Positions 1-13,549 of a stretch of 64,000 nucleotides of DNA are shown here, in pieces (the stretch's first letter is position 1; each line of letters begins with the position of its first letter). The notes beneath the pieces were generated by a model. That model saw nothing but the letters and a program-made list of their open reading frames with translations, did no database searches and had not been told where the DNA came from. Source of the DNA: the human T2T-CHM13v2.0 reference genome, Homo sapiens. Location: the NCBI RefSeq assembly GCF_009914755.1, contig NC_060929.1; one strand, 5' to 3'. The position numbers and the translations under genes were made by a program.

Positions 1-1906
1 TGAGGTTGGCTGTGGGTTTGTCATAAATGGTTTTCATTATTTTGAGGTATGCTCCTTCAATGTCTGGTTCCTTGAGGACTTTAACATGAAGGGATGTTGG
101 ATTTAATAGAAAGCTTTTTCTGCATCTATTGAGAAGATTACATGGTTTTTTTCTTTTAATACTGTTTATGTGGTAAATTACATTTATTGATTTGCATACA
201 TTGAACCAAACTTACAGCCCAAGAATGAAACCTACTTCACTATGGCAAACTAACTTTTTGATGAGCTGCTGAATTCAGTTTGCTAGTATTTTGTTGATGA
301 TTTTTGCATCTATACACATCAGGAATACTGGCCTGTAGTTGTCTTTTTTGTTGTGTCTTTGCCAGGTTTTGGTATCAAGGTGATGCTGGATTTATAAAAT
401 AAACTGTGGAGAAGTCCTTCCTTGTTCATTTTCTGGAATAATTTCACTGGAATTGGCACTAGCCCTTCTTTGGACATCTGGTAGAATTTGGCTGTGAATC
501 CATCTGGTCCAGGGCTTTTTCTTGTTGGTAGGTTTTTTATTACCCATTAAGTTTCAGCACTCAATATTGGTCTGTTCAGTGTTTTAACTTCTTCTTGATT
601 CAACCCTAAGAGGTTGTATGTTTCCAGGAATTTATTCATTTCTTCTGCATTTTCTAGTTTGTGTGTATAGAGGTGTTCATAACAGTCTCTGAAGATCTTT
701 TGTATTTCCATGGGATTGGCTATAATATCACCTTTGCCATTTCTGATCATGCTTATTTCTATCTTTTCTCTTTTTTCTTTGTTAATCTAGCTAGCAATCT
801 ATCAATCCTGTTTATCCTTTCAAAAAATCAAATTATAGTTTCATCAGTTCTTTGGATTATTGGGTCCCAACTTCATTCAGTTCTGCTATAATTTTAGTAT
901 TTATTTTCTCCCGCTAGCTTTGGAATTAGTTTGCTCTTCATTTTCTAGTCCTTCTAGGTGTCACATTAGTTCATTAATTTGAGATATTTCTACCCTCTCG
1001 AGGTAGGCATTTAGTGCTATATACTCTCTTCTTAACACTGCTTTTGATGCATTTCAGAGATTGTGATATGTTTTGCTTCTGTTTTTATTTATTTCAAATA
1101 TTTTTTTTAATTTCTGCCTTAGTATTGTTTACACAAAAGTTATTCAGGAGCAAGTTACTTAATTTCCAGATAATTGTGTAGTTTTGGAGACATCTTCCTA
1201 GTATTAATTTTTACTTTCGTTCCACAGTGATGCAAGAGTATGCTTGGTATTATTTTCATTTTTTTGAATTTATTGAGACTGGCTTTATGGCTGGGCACAT
1301 GGTTGATCTTGGAGTACGTTCCACGTGCAGACAAGAAGAATGCATATTCTGTGGTTGATGGATGGGGTATTCTGTGGATGCCTATTAAGTCCAATTGGTC
1401 ATATGTCAATTTTAAGTCCAGAATTTGTTAGTTTTATTGCTCGATGATCTGTCTAATGCTGTCAGTGGGGTGTTGAAGGCCTCCTCTATTACCATGTGGC
1501 TAAGTCTTTTGGGAAGTCTAGAAGTATGTTTTATGAAACTGGCGCTCCAATATTGGGTTCATATATATTTAGGATACTTAAATCTTCCTGTTGAATTGAA
1601 ACCTTTATCATTATGTAATGCCCTTCTTTGTCCTTTTTTACTTTTTTATAATTTAAAGTCTGTTTTATCTGATATAAGAATGATTATCTCTGTTCTTTTT
1701 TGTTTTCAGTTTGCATGGTAGATCTCTCTCCAACCCTTTATTCTGAGCCTACTGGTGCTGTTACATGTGAGATGGGTCTCTTGAAGACAGAAGACAAGTG
1801 AGTTTTGTTTTTTTATCTAATTTCCCATTCGGTGCCTTTTAAGTGGGGTGTTTAGACCATTTACATTCAAGGTTAATATAGATATGTGAGGTTTTGATCC
1901 TATCAT
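1..1906 (-). pseudogene. Decayed L1 ORF2, N-terminal part (APE-like endonuclease and linker)
   Basis: TLNVNGLN motif; DLIGIHRIPHPSTTEYAFFLSARGTYSKINH; GDIIANPMEIQKIFRDCYEHLY; in-frame stops. Confidence 0.88.
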
Positions 1907-1976
1907 GAAGTTGATAGCTGGTTGCTTTGTAGTTTCCATTGTGTGGTTTCTTTATAGCATCTGTGGTCCATGTACT

Positions 1977-3053
1977 TAAGTGTGGTTATTTGTTGTTGTT
2001 GTTTGTTTTTATGGTAGCAGGTATTGTTCTTTCATTTTCATGTTTAGAACTCCCTTAAGGATCTCTTGTGAGGTTGGTCTAGTGGTAACACATTTTCCTG
2101 GAGCTCATTTGTCAGAAAAAGATTGTATTTCTCCTTTGCTTATAAAGCTTAGCTGGGCAAAATATGAAATTCTAGTTTGGCATTTATTTTCTTTAAGCCT
2201 GCTGAAAATAAGCCCCCAATCTTTCCTGGCTTGTAAGATTTCTGTTGAAAGTCAACTGTTAGCCTGATGAGGCTTCCTTTTTATGTGATCTGATGTTTTT
2301 CCCTAGCTGCCTTTAAAATTTTTTTCTTTAGCATTGACCTTGGATAGCCCAGTAACTGTATGTCTTAGTGATGTTTGTTTTATACAGTATCTCACAGGTG
2401 TTCTCTGGATTCCTTGTATATGGATTTTTGTTTTTTTGAAACAGAGTCTCACTCTTGCTAGAGGTAGAAATCCAGAAACAAGGATTTCTACCTCCAGCAA
2501 GATTGGACAAATTTTCTTGAATTATTATTCCTTCAAATATGTTTTCCAGATTATTTACTTTTTCTCCTTCACTCTCAGGAATGCCAATAATTCATAGGCT
2601 TGGTCACTTTACACAATATTTCTTGAAGACTTTGTTCATTTTGTAAAATTCTTTTTTCTTTATTTTTATCTGACTGGGCTAATGTGAAAGACTAGTCCTC
2701 AAGCTCTGAAATCTTTCTTCTGCTTCATCTTGTCTGTTGATAAATTGAATTGTATTTTAAAATTTCTCAAGTGAGTTTTCCAATTCCAGATGCTCTGACT
2801 GATTTCTTTTTAAGACACTTATCTCTTCCTTCATTTCCTGGACTGCTTTAGAAATTTATTTCCTTTGATTTTCCACCTTGTCTTGGATCTCATTAAGCTT
2901 CCTTGCAATTCATATTTTGAATTCTTTATCTGTCAGTTCTGAGTTTCCATTTTGGATAAGAATCAATGCTGGAGAGCTCATGTGATCCTTTGGTGGTATC
3001 ACGACATTCAGATTTTTCATGGTGTCAGAATTCTTGTACTGGATCCTTCTCAT
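1977..3053 (-). pseudogene. Decayed L1 ORF1
   Basis: MRRIQYKNS...ELTDKEFKI*IARKLNEIQDKVENQ and IQGIQRTPVRY...RHTVTGLSKVNAKEK are ORF1p-like; frame is interrupted. Confidence 0.82.
2425..2457 (-). mobile_element. Extremely 5'-truncated Alu (tail plus last ~20 nt) inside the L1 ORF1
   Basis: tttttgtttttttgaaacagagtctcactcttg matches the antisense Alu 3' end (TTTGAGACAGAGTCTCACTCT). Confidence 0.65.
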
Positions 3054-3831
3054 CTGGAGATGCTAGCTAGCACTTCTAATTTTTGTAACTTTTTTCATGC
3101 AGATAGGATATTTACTTTCTTTCTTTCTTCCTTTTTCTTTCTTTCCCTATAATATTTTTTTCTCTTTCCCTTTACCCACTCCCTAGGGGGTGTGACAATA
3201 AAGAATGTTGGGTAGGGTCTTTTGGCTTTGCTTCTATAGCCCGATGCACTTCTGTCAGCAGGTTTTATATTGGGCTATATGGTTTGACCTATAAGCCCAT
3301 AGATAGCACTTATGGATAGAGCTGGCTGTGGCCAAAGCAGCTGGGTATATCTTGATCCTTGTTTACCGGGAGAAGCTCTCTGTTGCCTCTAACAACGGGC
3401 TGATCTGTGGAGTTCACAGTGGTCTGAGCTCCCTGGTCAGCCCCACAGGAGTGGGAGGCAAGATGGGTGGAGCAGGACTGTGCAGATCCTACAGGTCCCC
3501 TGATGACAGGCACCAGTGACAAGGGAGAATCCAGTAGGTGGCCACCAAGAACCCAGAAGTGTGCCTAAGTGTGGATCTGGGAAACCTCTTCAGTCCATGT
3601 TCTCTACGTGGGCAGAATGGGAAGTTTAAACCCCTAATCCAGGAGAGTGGGTACTCCAGATGCCTGAAGATCTGCCCGGGCATAAAGTGTATAGGGTCCT
3701 ATCTCACCACAGTCTCTACACAGGAAGGGTGGGCTGGCTTAGGCTGCTGATTCAGATGAGCAGGTGTCCTGAATGCCTAGAGATCTTCGTGGGCATGAAC
3801 GGAGAGGACCCCACTTCGCCACAATCAGAGT

Positions 3832-3859
3832 TTTTTTTGTTTTGTTTTGTTTTGTTTTT
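3832..3859. repeat. (TTTTG)n simple repeat
   Basis: Directly visible. Confidence 0.85.
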
Positions 3860-4239
3860 CTCTCAGGGTATGATGACAGTCAAGTAAAATCAGAACAGTT
3901 GCTATTCATTTGCCCAATCCATTGTCAAAATTCTGATTCCCAACTAAGCTTATGAAAGAAAAGTTTTTTTATAATTAAATTGTGGGAAACTCAGGAAAGA
4001 AGGAGAAAGATAATGAATATAATATATAATGATGTGAATAATAATTTTTGAATACTTTCTGTATTACAGCACCATTAGGTTATTTTATATTGCATATCTG
4101 AATTAATATTCTTAACAGTATTATGGTTGCTATTTCTATCTCCACTTTATAGATAAAAATCAAACACCAGAATACCTAAATAATGTTTTCAAATAACTAA
4201 TAAGAAGCTGAAAAAAAGATCAAAAGTATGTGAATGTCT

Positions 4240-4735
4240 TACAACCAAAACCCACAGGGAATGCCCTCTAGTTGAAGAAGATTTGGCTTATTACTTGTTG
4301 TATCGAAAATCGTAGGGTATCTCAGTAAGTTGTCTTTGGCTGGGTAATTTGGGGGAGAACCTACAAAAGTGGGGGTTCACTCAAAGTTGTATGCTGTCTG
4401 AAGCAGAGGAGCATCTATGAGAGCGTATCTCGATAAACTTTACTGATAAGAAAGAGATGTAATTGATAAATATCAGTCACAAACTTTGAAGAGGTAAAAG
4501 GATGTTTGATACTTTGTGGGTGTCATAGTGACCTTGTTTCTATCTGTGTTTAGACAGAATTATGAAATGTCCTTGACTTGTCTCCTTTCATCATGATCTT
4601 GTCTGAGGTTAGTAAACTTGTCTGAGTTTAGTATTCTGTGAGATTGTTTATGTCTAGTCAGACAATAATAAGACCTAGTGTGAGAGCCAAGCCAGCCTCC
4701 AAATGTCAGATACTGCTCCTTTTTTCTCTTTCCCA
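4240..4735 (-). mobile_element. Probable ERV1-class solo LTR (MER89/MER90-like)
   Basis: Minus strand begins tgggaaagagaaaaaaggagc...ctgacatttggaggctggcttggctctcacactagg...acataaacaatctcacagaa, resembling the recalled consensus. Left boundary is uncertain. Confidence 0.5.
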
Positions 4736-5524
4736 ATCAGAACTCAGAAAATCATGTTTCTTCTAATTATGCTGTATAATAAAAATAGAAAGAAACTTGA
4801 AGAGTCATTTCTGCATGTCTGTTTTCCACCACATTACCACTACTTAATAGTGACACATAGAGAAATATCAGAGAATAAAATGTTCTACTCCTATTTCCCA
4901 TAAGGGAAAAATAATACTCTGAACCAAACTTAGTTATTCTATTAGGAACATAGACCTCTTAACCAAAGGGAGATATTTATATGCTACTTTTTCATTGAAA
5001 AACACTGCCTTTTACCACAGAACAAAAGGAACCTTGTAAAACAATGTAGGAGTAATATTTGACAAAAGCTGTCTACCTAGGTGTTGCACTTTTCTGCCTT
5101 CTCTATTTATAAGATTCTAGAACATATGCGAGAAGAATAAAAGTTGATTCAGATGGCTGTAAAATTAAATAGTTCAAAGAATAAGGATGAAAAGCAGTGA
5201 TCTTTCCTCCTTCGGATGGAAAAAGTCTTCGTGCTTCATCAATGCACAGACAGCTGTCACTTATCCCCGATGGATGCCAGAGAAGACAATCTTTTTTAAA
5301 ATATATCTAGTTAAATATAGAGAGATGAATCTTGAGGGTATGGTTTAAAGAGAAACAAGTTGCTATACAAATTGTCACATGAATTATCCATCAAGTTATT
5401 TGGTGAAATTTGATGAGATTTTAAAGAATGTATTTTTTCCTGAAACAGTTAATCTATTAAAAGTATTCACAGACAATACTCTTGGATGTTTGGGGAAAAT
5501 GAATGCAATGATTCTGTGTTCTAT

Positions 5525-5712
5525 CAAATTCTTGTTTAGCCACCTATTAGTTATGTGAAGTGATCAAATAACTTTTGGAGCCTCAATTCCATTTTAGATA
5601 ATAAAAATGCCTGCATAGCCATCCCCACAGGGCTTTCTGGGGATCAAATAAGAAAACGCATATGAAAGTACTTGGCAAACTACAAAGAAACACACATGTG
5701 TAAATTATCATT
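5525..5712 (+). mobile_element. MIR SINE
   Basis: gagcctcaattcc...ataataaaaatgcc...cacagggc...ggatcaaataaga...tatgaaagtac core and 3' end. Confidence 0.75.
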
Positions 5713-8244
5713 ATCTAAGATACAATGTACCCAATATCCACAAAAAGTAATCTCTACTAATTTACTCACAGACAAGGGCTCTTTTTGTAACTTTACTTAA
5801 GTTTCTTCAATATGATCTTATACCTTAAACTCAGTATGTTTAATATTGGATCGTCCTTACTGAATATGAGTTTACATAGCAAGTATATAAACTTAACACA
5901 TTACTGTGAAAATTTAGAAACGTCACCATTTACTTTCAAGCACAAATGAGCATAATGAAGACGGGCATCTGAAATGCAGAAAGTAACAGGACTAACAAAA
6001 AAAAATTTATTTCTTACTTTCAACGTTTACATATTTTGAATGAATAAATTAGGTTTCTAAGGGCACAGTTTATATTGTCATATAAATATTTAATGATAAA
6101 ATCATGGTGCAGCTAACTTCCTAAGTATCATTACTTTTACAAAATTTTCCCTAGACTATGAGGATCAACTGCAAGTAAATTTCATTGTATTGAAATGCTA
6201 AAAAAGGAGTATAATTGAATGATAAAAGCGTGACTTTTTATATTTAATTATTTCTCATAACTATAACACTATTGCATTTATTTTAATTTTTAGAATTTTT
6301 CAAGACAACAGAAAGAAAAATAGACTCTGAGACATCTGTTGATAAAAACACACATCCTTGGGAATGGTAAAATGCTCTGTCCATAGTACATTTCTAGTTT
6401 CAGCACACTACCTCTGTACAAATCGAAACACATAGATGATCCTTGTTATGGCAGAAATATTAACAGTAATGTATTATGACCAGCTTGGCACACATTTACC
6501 TGTTCTTTTTTACCAGACATCAAGTTAGAGACAAATTTAGATTGATGCAGGTAGTTAGAAAACAATTTCTAACAAATAGATATCTACAAACTTGTTTGTG
6601 ACATGTTCTCTGTACGTACATAATAAAGTTGATATTAGATCCCTGGCCTTAAATTGATAACACCTGGTCCTGTTTATAACTTTCCTTGCCATTAAATGTT
6701 CAAATCTTTTAGGAAAATATTTTCCTGAGTGATTTCCTGATAGGGACCCTTTTGTCTCCATTTCTGAAATTAACACTTTAATTTTGGAACTAATTCCCTA
6801 TTCTCTGGAGTTATCTAAATAATTGAAGTCAAGATTACTTAATTAATCTGAATATTGTATTAGCTATCATTATACTACTCTACTATTTCAGCTGAGAAAA
6901 TATAGCTGTTGAGTCAACCCACAGGTGTAACCTTGTTCTTTTCTCTCTGATTTATATAACAGCTGCACTTTTTAGTTCAACTCCACACAGTTCAAAGGCG
7001 AGTCTTCTATAGAGTCCGCTCTTGCTGGAGGCCATTACCTAATTGGCTACCCTCTTGTCCAGATCTATCAATTCTCAGACAGGTTCTTCACAGGTGAAGC
7101 AAAGTGTAGGCATGCCACTATTAACAGAGAGACTCAGGCAAATATTATTGAGGTTATGATCAAAAGATAAAGAAATACGCACACTGTTTTTTCTGATGTT
7201 ATTCTCTGACAGGCTAGATAAGACAGGAGCAGTACAAGTGATTTCAAATGATCTCTAATGTTGGATTTTTGCTGCTGCTGTTACTGCTATTAGCGGTAGT
7301 AGCAGTGACAGCTGAGGTACCATTAGCATCTTAGTCAAAGTCACATACTAGTAAAGGGAAAACTCTGGAATTTATTTATCAACAAAGATTAATTGAATAC
7401 CTTTTATGGACCAGAATCTGTGCTAAGATTACAATCTGCAAAATAATACAGGGACTACCACTGGGCCCTCCAAACCACAACCACTCAAAGCCACAATAAC
7501 TAATTTACAGATATTGAGTGAGAACCACAGTTCATTGCACTGCTAAAGCCCAGCTATAGATAGATGAGTAGTGAAGTAAGGTAATATCTAGAGGCTGATA
7601 AAAGATATTGCCCCGTAATTTCCTTATCCTGAATCATATCTTTATCCTGATTATGGGCATTTACATATGTGACAAACTATTTATCACAAACTTAATCTGA
7701 GAATTGTGATCCCAAATACCATTTATAAATAGCATAAAGTGATGGATGGTGCAATTTTCTGAATATTAGACAGTCAGCAATTATTGATTGCTAAAGTAAT
7801 TGTGGGATATGAAGTAAGTGTACTCTACTTCTGGAATCAAGGCACAAGTATGTCAAAATATTAGCAACAATTCAAAACAAAATAGAAGCCCTGAGTAACA
7901 TTATAGAGAATGAAAGCTGTGAGAGTTGAGAGGAGGAGAGGTGAATGTAGACAAATGTGTTCAAAAAGTCTTCAGAGGCTAAAAGGAACACATTTGATTT
8001 TTTAAAGAGCAGAGTTAAAATAGAGGAAGAAATTTTTATGTATAATGTTTGATTTCAGTTTATTTTGTTTAAAAATTCCAAGCCAATGTTAGAAGGATTA
8101 ATTAATTCTAGGCAGGATACTCGGAATTTAAATTGTACTAACTAAAATGGGATGCCCTGTATTAAATCTAGAGAGCCCAGTAACAGTCATCTGAGTCTTA
8201 TCACTTAGTATACAACTAACCAGTTATGTCTTTTCTATGAAAAC

Positions 8245-8794
8245 ATGCATTCATTGAATGATTCAAATATATTTATTAATTCACAAATATAATCAAATGC
8301 CATGCACTAGGTTGAAACCCCAGCACACTTTGACAAGTAAAACATGATCTCTGCTTTCATGAATATTTCTCAGTACAATGGGAAAAGTATAAAATAAAAA
8401 TAATCAACAAATAAATAATAATATTAAAAATGTGTTAAGTGCCAGAAAATAAATGAGTAAGTTTCCATGATGGAAATAAATGCTGAATTGGGAGGGGAAG
8501 CAATACTTTAAAAGATTGGAAAAGAAGATGTTTAGAAGGAAAATATTTACCTAAACCTGATGGATGAGGAGACAATTTTGAAAAGAGGTGGGAAGATTAT
8601 GCATGCAAAGGCCCTAAATTGGGTCTTGTGAAGGTCCCCTAGGAGGGATTGTTTTGGCAAAGGCCCTGAAGTCAGACAGACCTTGGAGGATTTCCAGAAC
8701 AGTCATGAAGCCAGTGCAGATAAAGCAGAAAAACAGCAGGAGGTCAGGATGTTGGGACTAACAGGGGCTTATTAGATTCAACAATTGTAAGCTT
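8245..8794 (-). mobile_element. L2 3' portion, interrupted by an L1 at 8795
   Basis: cattcattgaatgattcaaatatatttatt antisense L2 tail; catgatctctgctttcatg; gcaaaggccctga. Confidence 0.7.
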
Positions 8795-11055
8795 CCTCAA
8801 TAGATGCAGAAAAGTCCTTCCATAAAATTCAACATCCCTTCATGTTAAAAACTCTCAATAAACTAGGTATTAATGGAACATATCTCAAAATAATGAGAGC
8901 CATTTGTGACAAACCCACAGCCAATATCATACTGAATGTGCAAAAGCTTGAAGCATTCCCACTGAAAACCGGCAGAAGAAAAGGAAGCCTTCTCTCACCA
9001 CCCCCATTCAAAATAGTATTGGAAGTTCTGGCCAGGGAAGTCAGGCAAGAGAAAGAAATAAAGCGTATTCAAATAGGAAGAGAGGAAGTCAAACTGTCTC
9101 TGTTTGCAGATGACATGATCCTATATCTAGAAAACCTCAGCCCAAAAGCTCTTTAAGCTGATAAGCAACTTCAGCAAAGTCTCAGGATATAAAATCAATG
9201 TGCAAAAATTACATGCATTCCTATACACCAACAATAAACAAGCAGAGAGCCAAATCATGAATGAACTGCCATTCACAGTTGCTACAAAGAGAATAAAATA
9301 ACATGAGTATAGCTATCATAGGAATACAGCTAACAAGAGAAGTGAAGGGCCTCTTCAATGAGAACTACAAACCACTGCTCAAGGAAAACAGAGAGGACAC
9401 AAACAAGTGGAAAAACATTCCATGCTCATGGATAGGAAGAATCAATATCACGAAAATGGCCATACTGCCCTAAGTAATTTATAGTTTCAATGCTATTCCC
9501 ATTCAATTACCATTTTTTTTAATTTGCAGAATTAAAAACAAAATCTACTTTAAAATTCGAATGGAACCAAAAAAGAGCCTGTGTAGCCAAGACAATCCTA
9601 AGCAAAAAGAACAAAGCTGCAGGCATCGTGCTACCTGATTTCAAACTACACTACAAGGCTACAGTAACCAAAACAGCATGGTACTGGTACAAAAACAGAC
9701 AAATAGACCAATGGAACAGAATAGAGACCTCAGAAATAAGACCACACATCTACAGCCATCTGACCTTTGACAAATGTGACAAAAACAAGCAATGGGGAAA
9801 GGATTCCCTATTTAATAAATGGTGCTGGGAAACCTAGCTAGGCATATGTGGAAAACTGAAACCAGATCCCTTCTTTATACCTTATACAAACAATGACTCA
9901 AGATGGATTAAAGACTTAAATGTAAAACCCAAAACTATAAAAATCCTAGACGAAAATCTAGGCAATAGCATTCAGGACATAGGCATGGGCAAAGATTTCA
10001 TGAAGAAAACGTCTAAAGCAATTGCAACAAAAGCAAAATTTGCCAAATCAGATCTAATTAAACTAAAGAGCTTCTGCACAGCAAAAGAACCAACATCAAA
10101 GTGAACAGATAACATGCAGAATGGGAGAAAATTTTGCAATATATCCATGTAACAAAAATCTAATATCCAGAATCTACAAGGAACTTAAGCAAATTTACAA
10201 GAAAAAAACAAACAACTCCATTAAAAAGTGAGCAAAGGACGTGAACAGACACTTCTCAAAAGAAGACGTTTATGTCATCAACGAACATATGAAGAAAAGC
10301 TCAACATCACTGATCATTAGAGAAATGCAAATCAAAACCACAATGAGATACCATCTCATGCCAGTCAGAATAGTGATTATTAAAAAGTCAAGAAATAACA
10401 GATACTGGTGAGGCTGTGGAGAAATGGGAATGCTTTTACAAGGTTGATGGGAACGTAAATTAGTTCAACCATTGGGGAAGATGGTGTGGCAATTCCTCAA
10501 AGACCTAGAATCAGAAATACCATTTGACCCAGCAATCCCATTACTGAGTATATTCCCAAAGGAATATAAATCATTCTATTACAACGATACATGCACGCAT
10601 ATGTTCACTGCAGCACTATTCACAATAGCAAAGGCATGGAATCAACCCAAATGTCCATCAATGATAGACTGGTTAAAGAAAAGTGATACCTATACACTAT
10701 GGAATACTATGAGCCATAAAAAGGAATGAGATCATGTCCTTTGCAGGGACATGGATGGAGCTGGAAGGTATTATCTTCAGCAAACTAACACAGGAACAGA
10801 AAACCAAATACCATATATTCTCACTTATAAGTGGGAGCTGAACTATGAGAACACATGGACACAAGGAGGGGAACAACACACACTGGGGTCTGTCAGGAGG
10901 TTGGGAGGGAGAGCATTAGGATAAACAGCATGCAGGGCTATCTAGATAATGGGTTGATAGGTGCAGCAAACCACCATGGCACATGTTTACCTATGTAACA
11001 AACCTGCACATCCTCTACATGTATCCCAGAACTTAAAGTTAAATTACATTACAAA
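8795..11055 (+). mobile_element. 5'-truncated L1PA (about PA8-PA11): RT domain to 3'UTR
   Basis: ORF 8842-9156 contains [13 protein letters not shown] (RT motif), followed by [20 protein letters not shown] and the L1 3'UTR. Degenerate 15-bp TSD aacaattgtaagctt (8780-8794) / aataattgtaggctt (11056-11070). Confidence 0.96.
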
Positions 11056-11070
11056 AATAATTGTAGGCTT

Positions 11071-11432
11071 AGTGCAATTGGAGATGCATTCAATAAATGG
11101 AAGTGGTAACCTCATATGTATGCTATGAAAAGATGACTTTTGTGAGAAGGGAGCCATAAAAGGCAGAATTCAAACCAGAGACTACCACAGTCATCTAAGC
11201 AAGGAAGGAAGAGGGCTGAGACTAAAGTTAAGGTACAAAAGTAAATTATTTCAAGGTATGTATTAGAAGTAAAACCAACAGGACTGGCAGGTGGATTGAA
11301 TGTGGGAGATAAAAAAGAGAGAGGAACCAGGGACTGAACAAATGAGGGAATACTGGTGCCATTTGCTCAGATAAGAAATATTTAGGGAAGATTCGATTCT
11401 GAAAGATAAATCAAGAGTTAACTTTTGGCTAC
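11071..11432 (-). mobile_element. L2 (continuation)
   Basis: aacaggactggcaggtggattgaatgtgggag...tggtgccatttgctcagataag...aatcaagagtt. Confidence 0.65.
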
Positions 11433-11777
11433 TGCTATGGTCTGAATATATGTGCCTTCTGCTCAAATTCAGATGTCAAAACCTAACCCCCAAGATGATG
11501 CTATTAGGATGTGGACCTTTGGGAGATATTAAGGTTAGACCTTAGCCTCCTTATGAAAAAGGCCTGAGAGAGCTTCTAAGCTTGTTTTTGCCTTTCTACC
11601 AAGTAAGGATACATAGAAGTCACCATCTATGAGAAACTGGCCCTCACCAAACACTAAATCTGCTGGCATCCTGTATCTTGGACTTCCTAGCTTCCAGAAA
11701 TGTGTGCAATAAATTTCTGTTACTTATAAATTACCCAGTCTAAGGTATTGTTATAGAAGCCCAAATGGACTAAGACA
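11433..11777 (+). mobile_element. MaLR solo LTR (MLT1A/MLT1A0-like)
   Basis: Termini tgctatggtctgaat...ggactaagaca; internal atcttggacttcc..agc..ccagaa..gtg...aataaatttctgtt. Confidence 0.9.
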
Positions 11778-12740
11778 GCCATGTTATTTTTGACATTCCC
11801 AAGAGACACAGATATGAAGATGTCATTAAGACTTGTCCTAATCTTGGAAGAGAATTTGAACCAGAAACATTTAATTGGCTTTTTTTTTTTTTTTTTTGTG
11901 GCTATAAAGATAGTACTGACATTTTGGAAACTAGATGGCGTCGTCTAAGTGTACGGTTTAGACAGAAAAAAAGAAGACCTGGAAAAGTGCTAAAAAAAAA
12001 TGCTAATTTGTAAATGTGTTATAAAAAAGAGGTAGCCAAAAATCCTGACTAAAATGAAGTGACCAGGTAAATAAGGTGAAAACCAGGAGAATACGGTGTC
12101 ATAAACCTAAAAATTAGAAGTGTTTCAAGGTGAAGAAATGGTAAACCAAGTTAAATGTTGCCAAAAGGTCAAATATGATGAGGATAAAGAACCAGATGAC
12201 AGGATTTGGCAACCTGGAGGTTCATGATTATCTTGACATTAAGTTTCACTGAAATTGTGGAATTAGAAGCCAAATTTAAATGGATTGATTAGTGAATGAA
12301 AATAAATAAATAGATGAAATATGTGAAGACAGCTTTGGGTTTTTATAAGCTTATCTACTTTAGGGAGCAGGAAACTGGGGTTGATGCCTGTATTGTATAG
12401 GATTTATTTCTTTTAAGATAAGTGTTTCTAGAGATTGTTTTCTGGTAGAAATTATTAGGCAGAGATAATAAGGCTAATTTAAAAAGCTAGAGTGGATAAT
12501 GGGAGTGCCCAAAGTCCTTGAGAAGAGGATGTGAAATGCATAAGGGGTTGGCCTTTGATTGGAGGAGGACAGAGCCTGCCTCATCGTAGGAAAGCAAGAG
12601 ATGACAGATGCATAAAGAGTCAGGCCTGCTGATGAGATCACAGTAAACGAGGAAATCTACTGACAGCTTCTATTGTTTTCAGCAAATTATTAGTTTGAAG
12701 AGAAGGGAGAGTGAATGAGGTAGGAAATTTAGGGAAAGAA
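11778..12740 (-). mobile_element. L2 (continuation, diverged)
   Basis: gaaaaccaggagaatacggtgtcat; aaatgttgccaaaaggtcaaatatgatgagga; ggatttggcaacctggagg. Confidence 0.65.
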
Positions 12741-12814
12741 GAAAAGTGTATCCGTTACAAATGTGTTTGGTTATGGGTATCCTAACATGATTTTGGATTT
12801 TTTCTATAGTTGCA

Positions 12815-13070
12815 GGATGGTTGCTTCAACCTCAACCATTATGTCTTTGTTCCAGAATCAGGAAGGAGGGCATGTAAATAACTTGCCCAGAAACGTCTAG
12901 ATTTCTATATGTGTAATATTAGCTCAAATAGTCACGTGGCCACTGATTCTGGGAAGAGAGGCTGGGAAATACAAGAGTTTGGCAACACATTTGGCTGCCT
13001 TAAAGAAAATCATGGAGTCATTAGTGCTGAGGAAGGAGTGAAGGGATATTGATAAGCAACTAGCAATAAA
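12815..13070 (-). mobile_element. Old MaLR LTR fragment (MLT1J/K/L-like)
   Basis: gcaggatggttgct...gtcacgtggccac...gaggctgggaaat...gaggaaggag..ggatattg..aagcaactagca. Confidence 0.6.
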
Positions 13071-13254
13071 ATGAAGCAATAAAACAGTCATCTGGGAAAG
13101 AAAGAAAGAGAGAGAGAGAGACGAGAGAATTTACCAGAAAATCTCAGAAAGATTTCCAGAGATTATTGAGGTTTGGGATGATTAATTTCAAGTCAAATGT
13201 GATGGTTTTGCAGTCACTACTAATGAAGATGTGACATCTACTAAAGGCCAGAAA

Positions 13255-13549
<295 letters not shown>

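Larger units (their letters stand above)
1..3830 (-). mobile_element. Old primate LINE-1 (L1PA15/16, L1PB or L1MA age): 5'UTR, ORF1 and 5' part of ORF2; continues past the left edge of the window
   Basis: Minus-strand translation gives ORF2 start MIGSKPHISILTLNVNGLNTPLKRH at 1906 and ORF1 start MRRIQYKNSDTMKNLNVVIPPKDH at 3053. Endonuclease-like peptide at 1155-1409. Many stops and frameshifts. Confidence 0.93.

Noticed and set aside
4261-4274. CTCF-like motif (reverse complement caactagagggcat); similar partial matches near 20349 and 50678
   Set aside because: Each lacks key core positions and cannot be supported without ChIP data.
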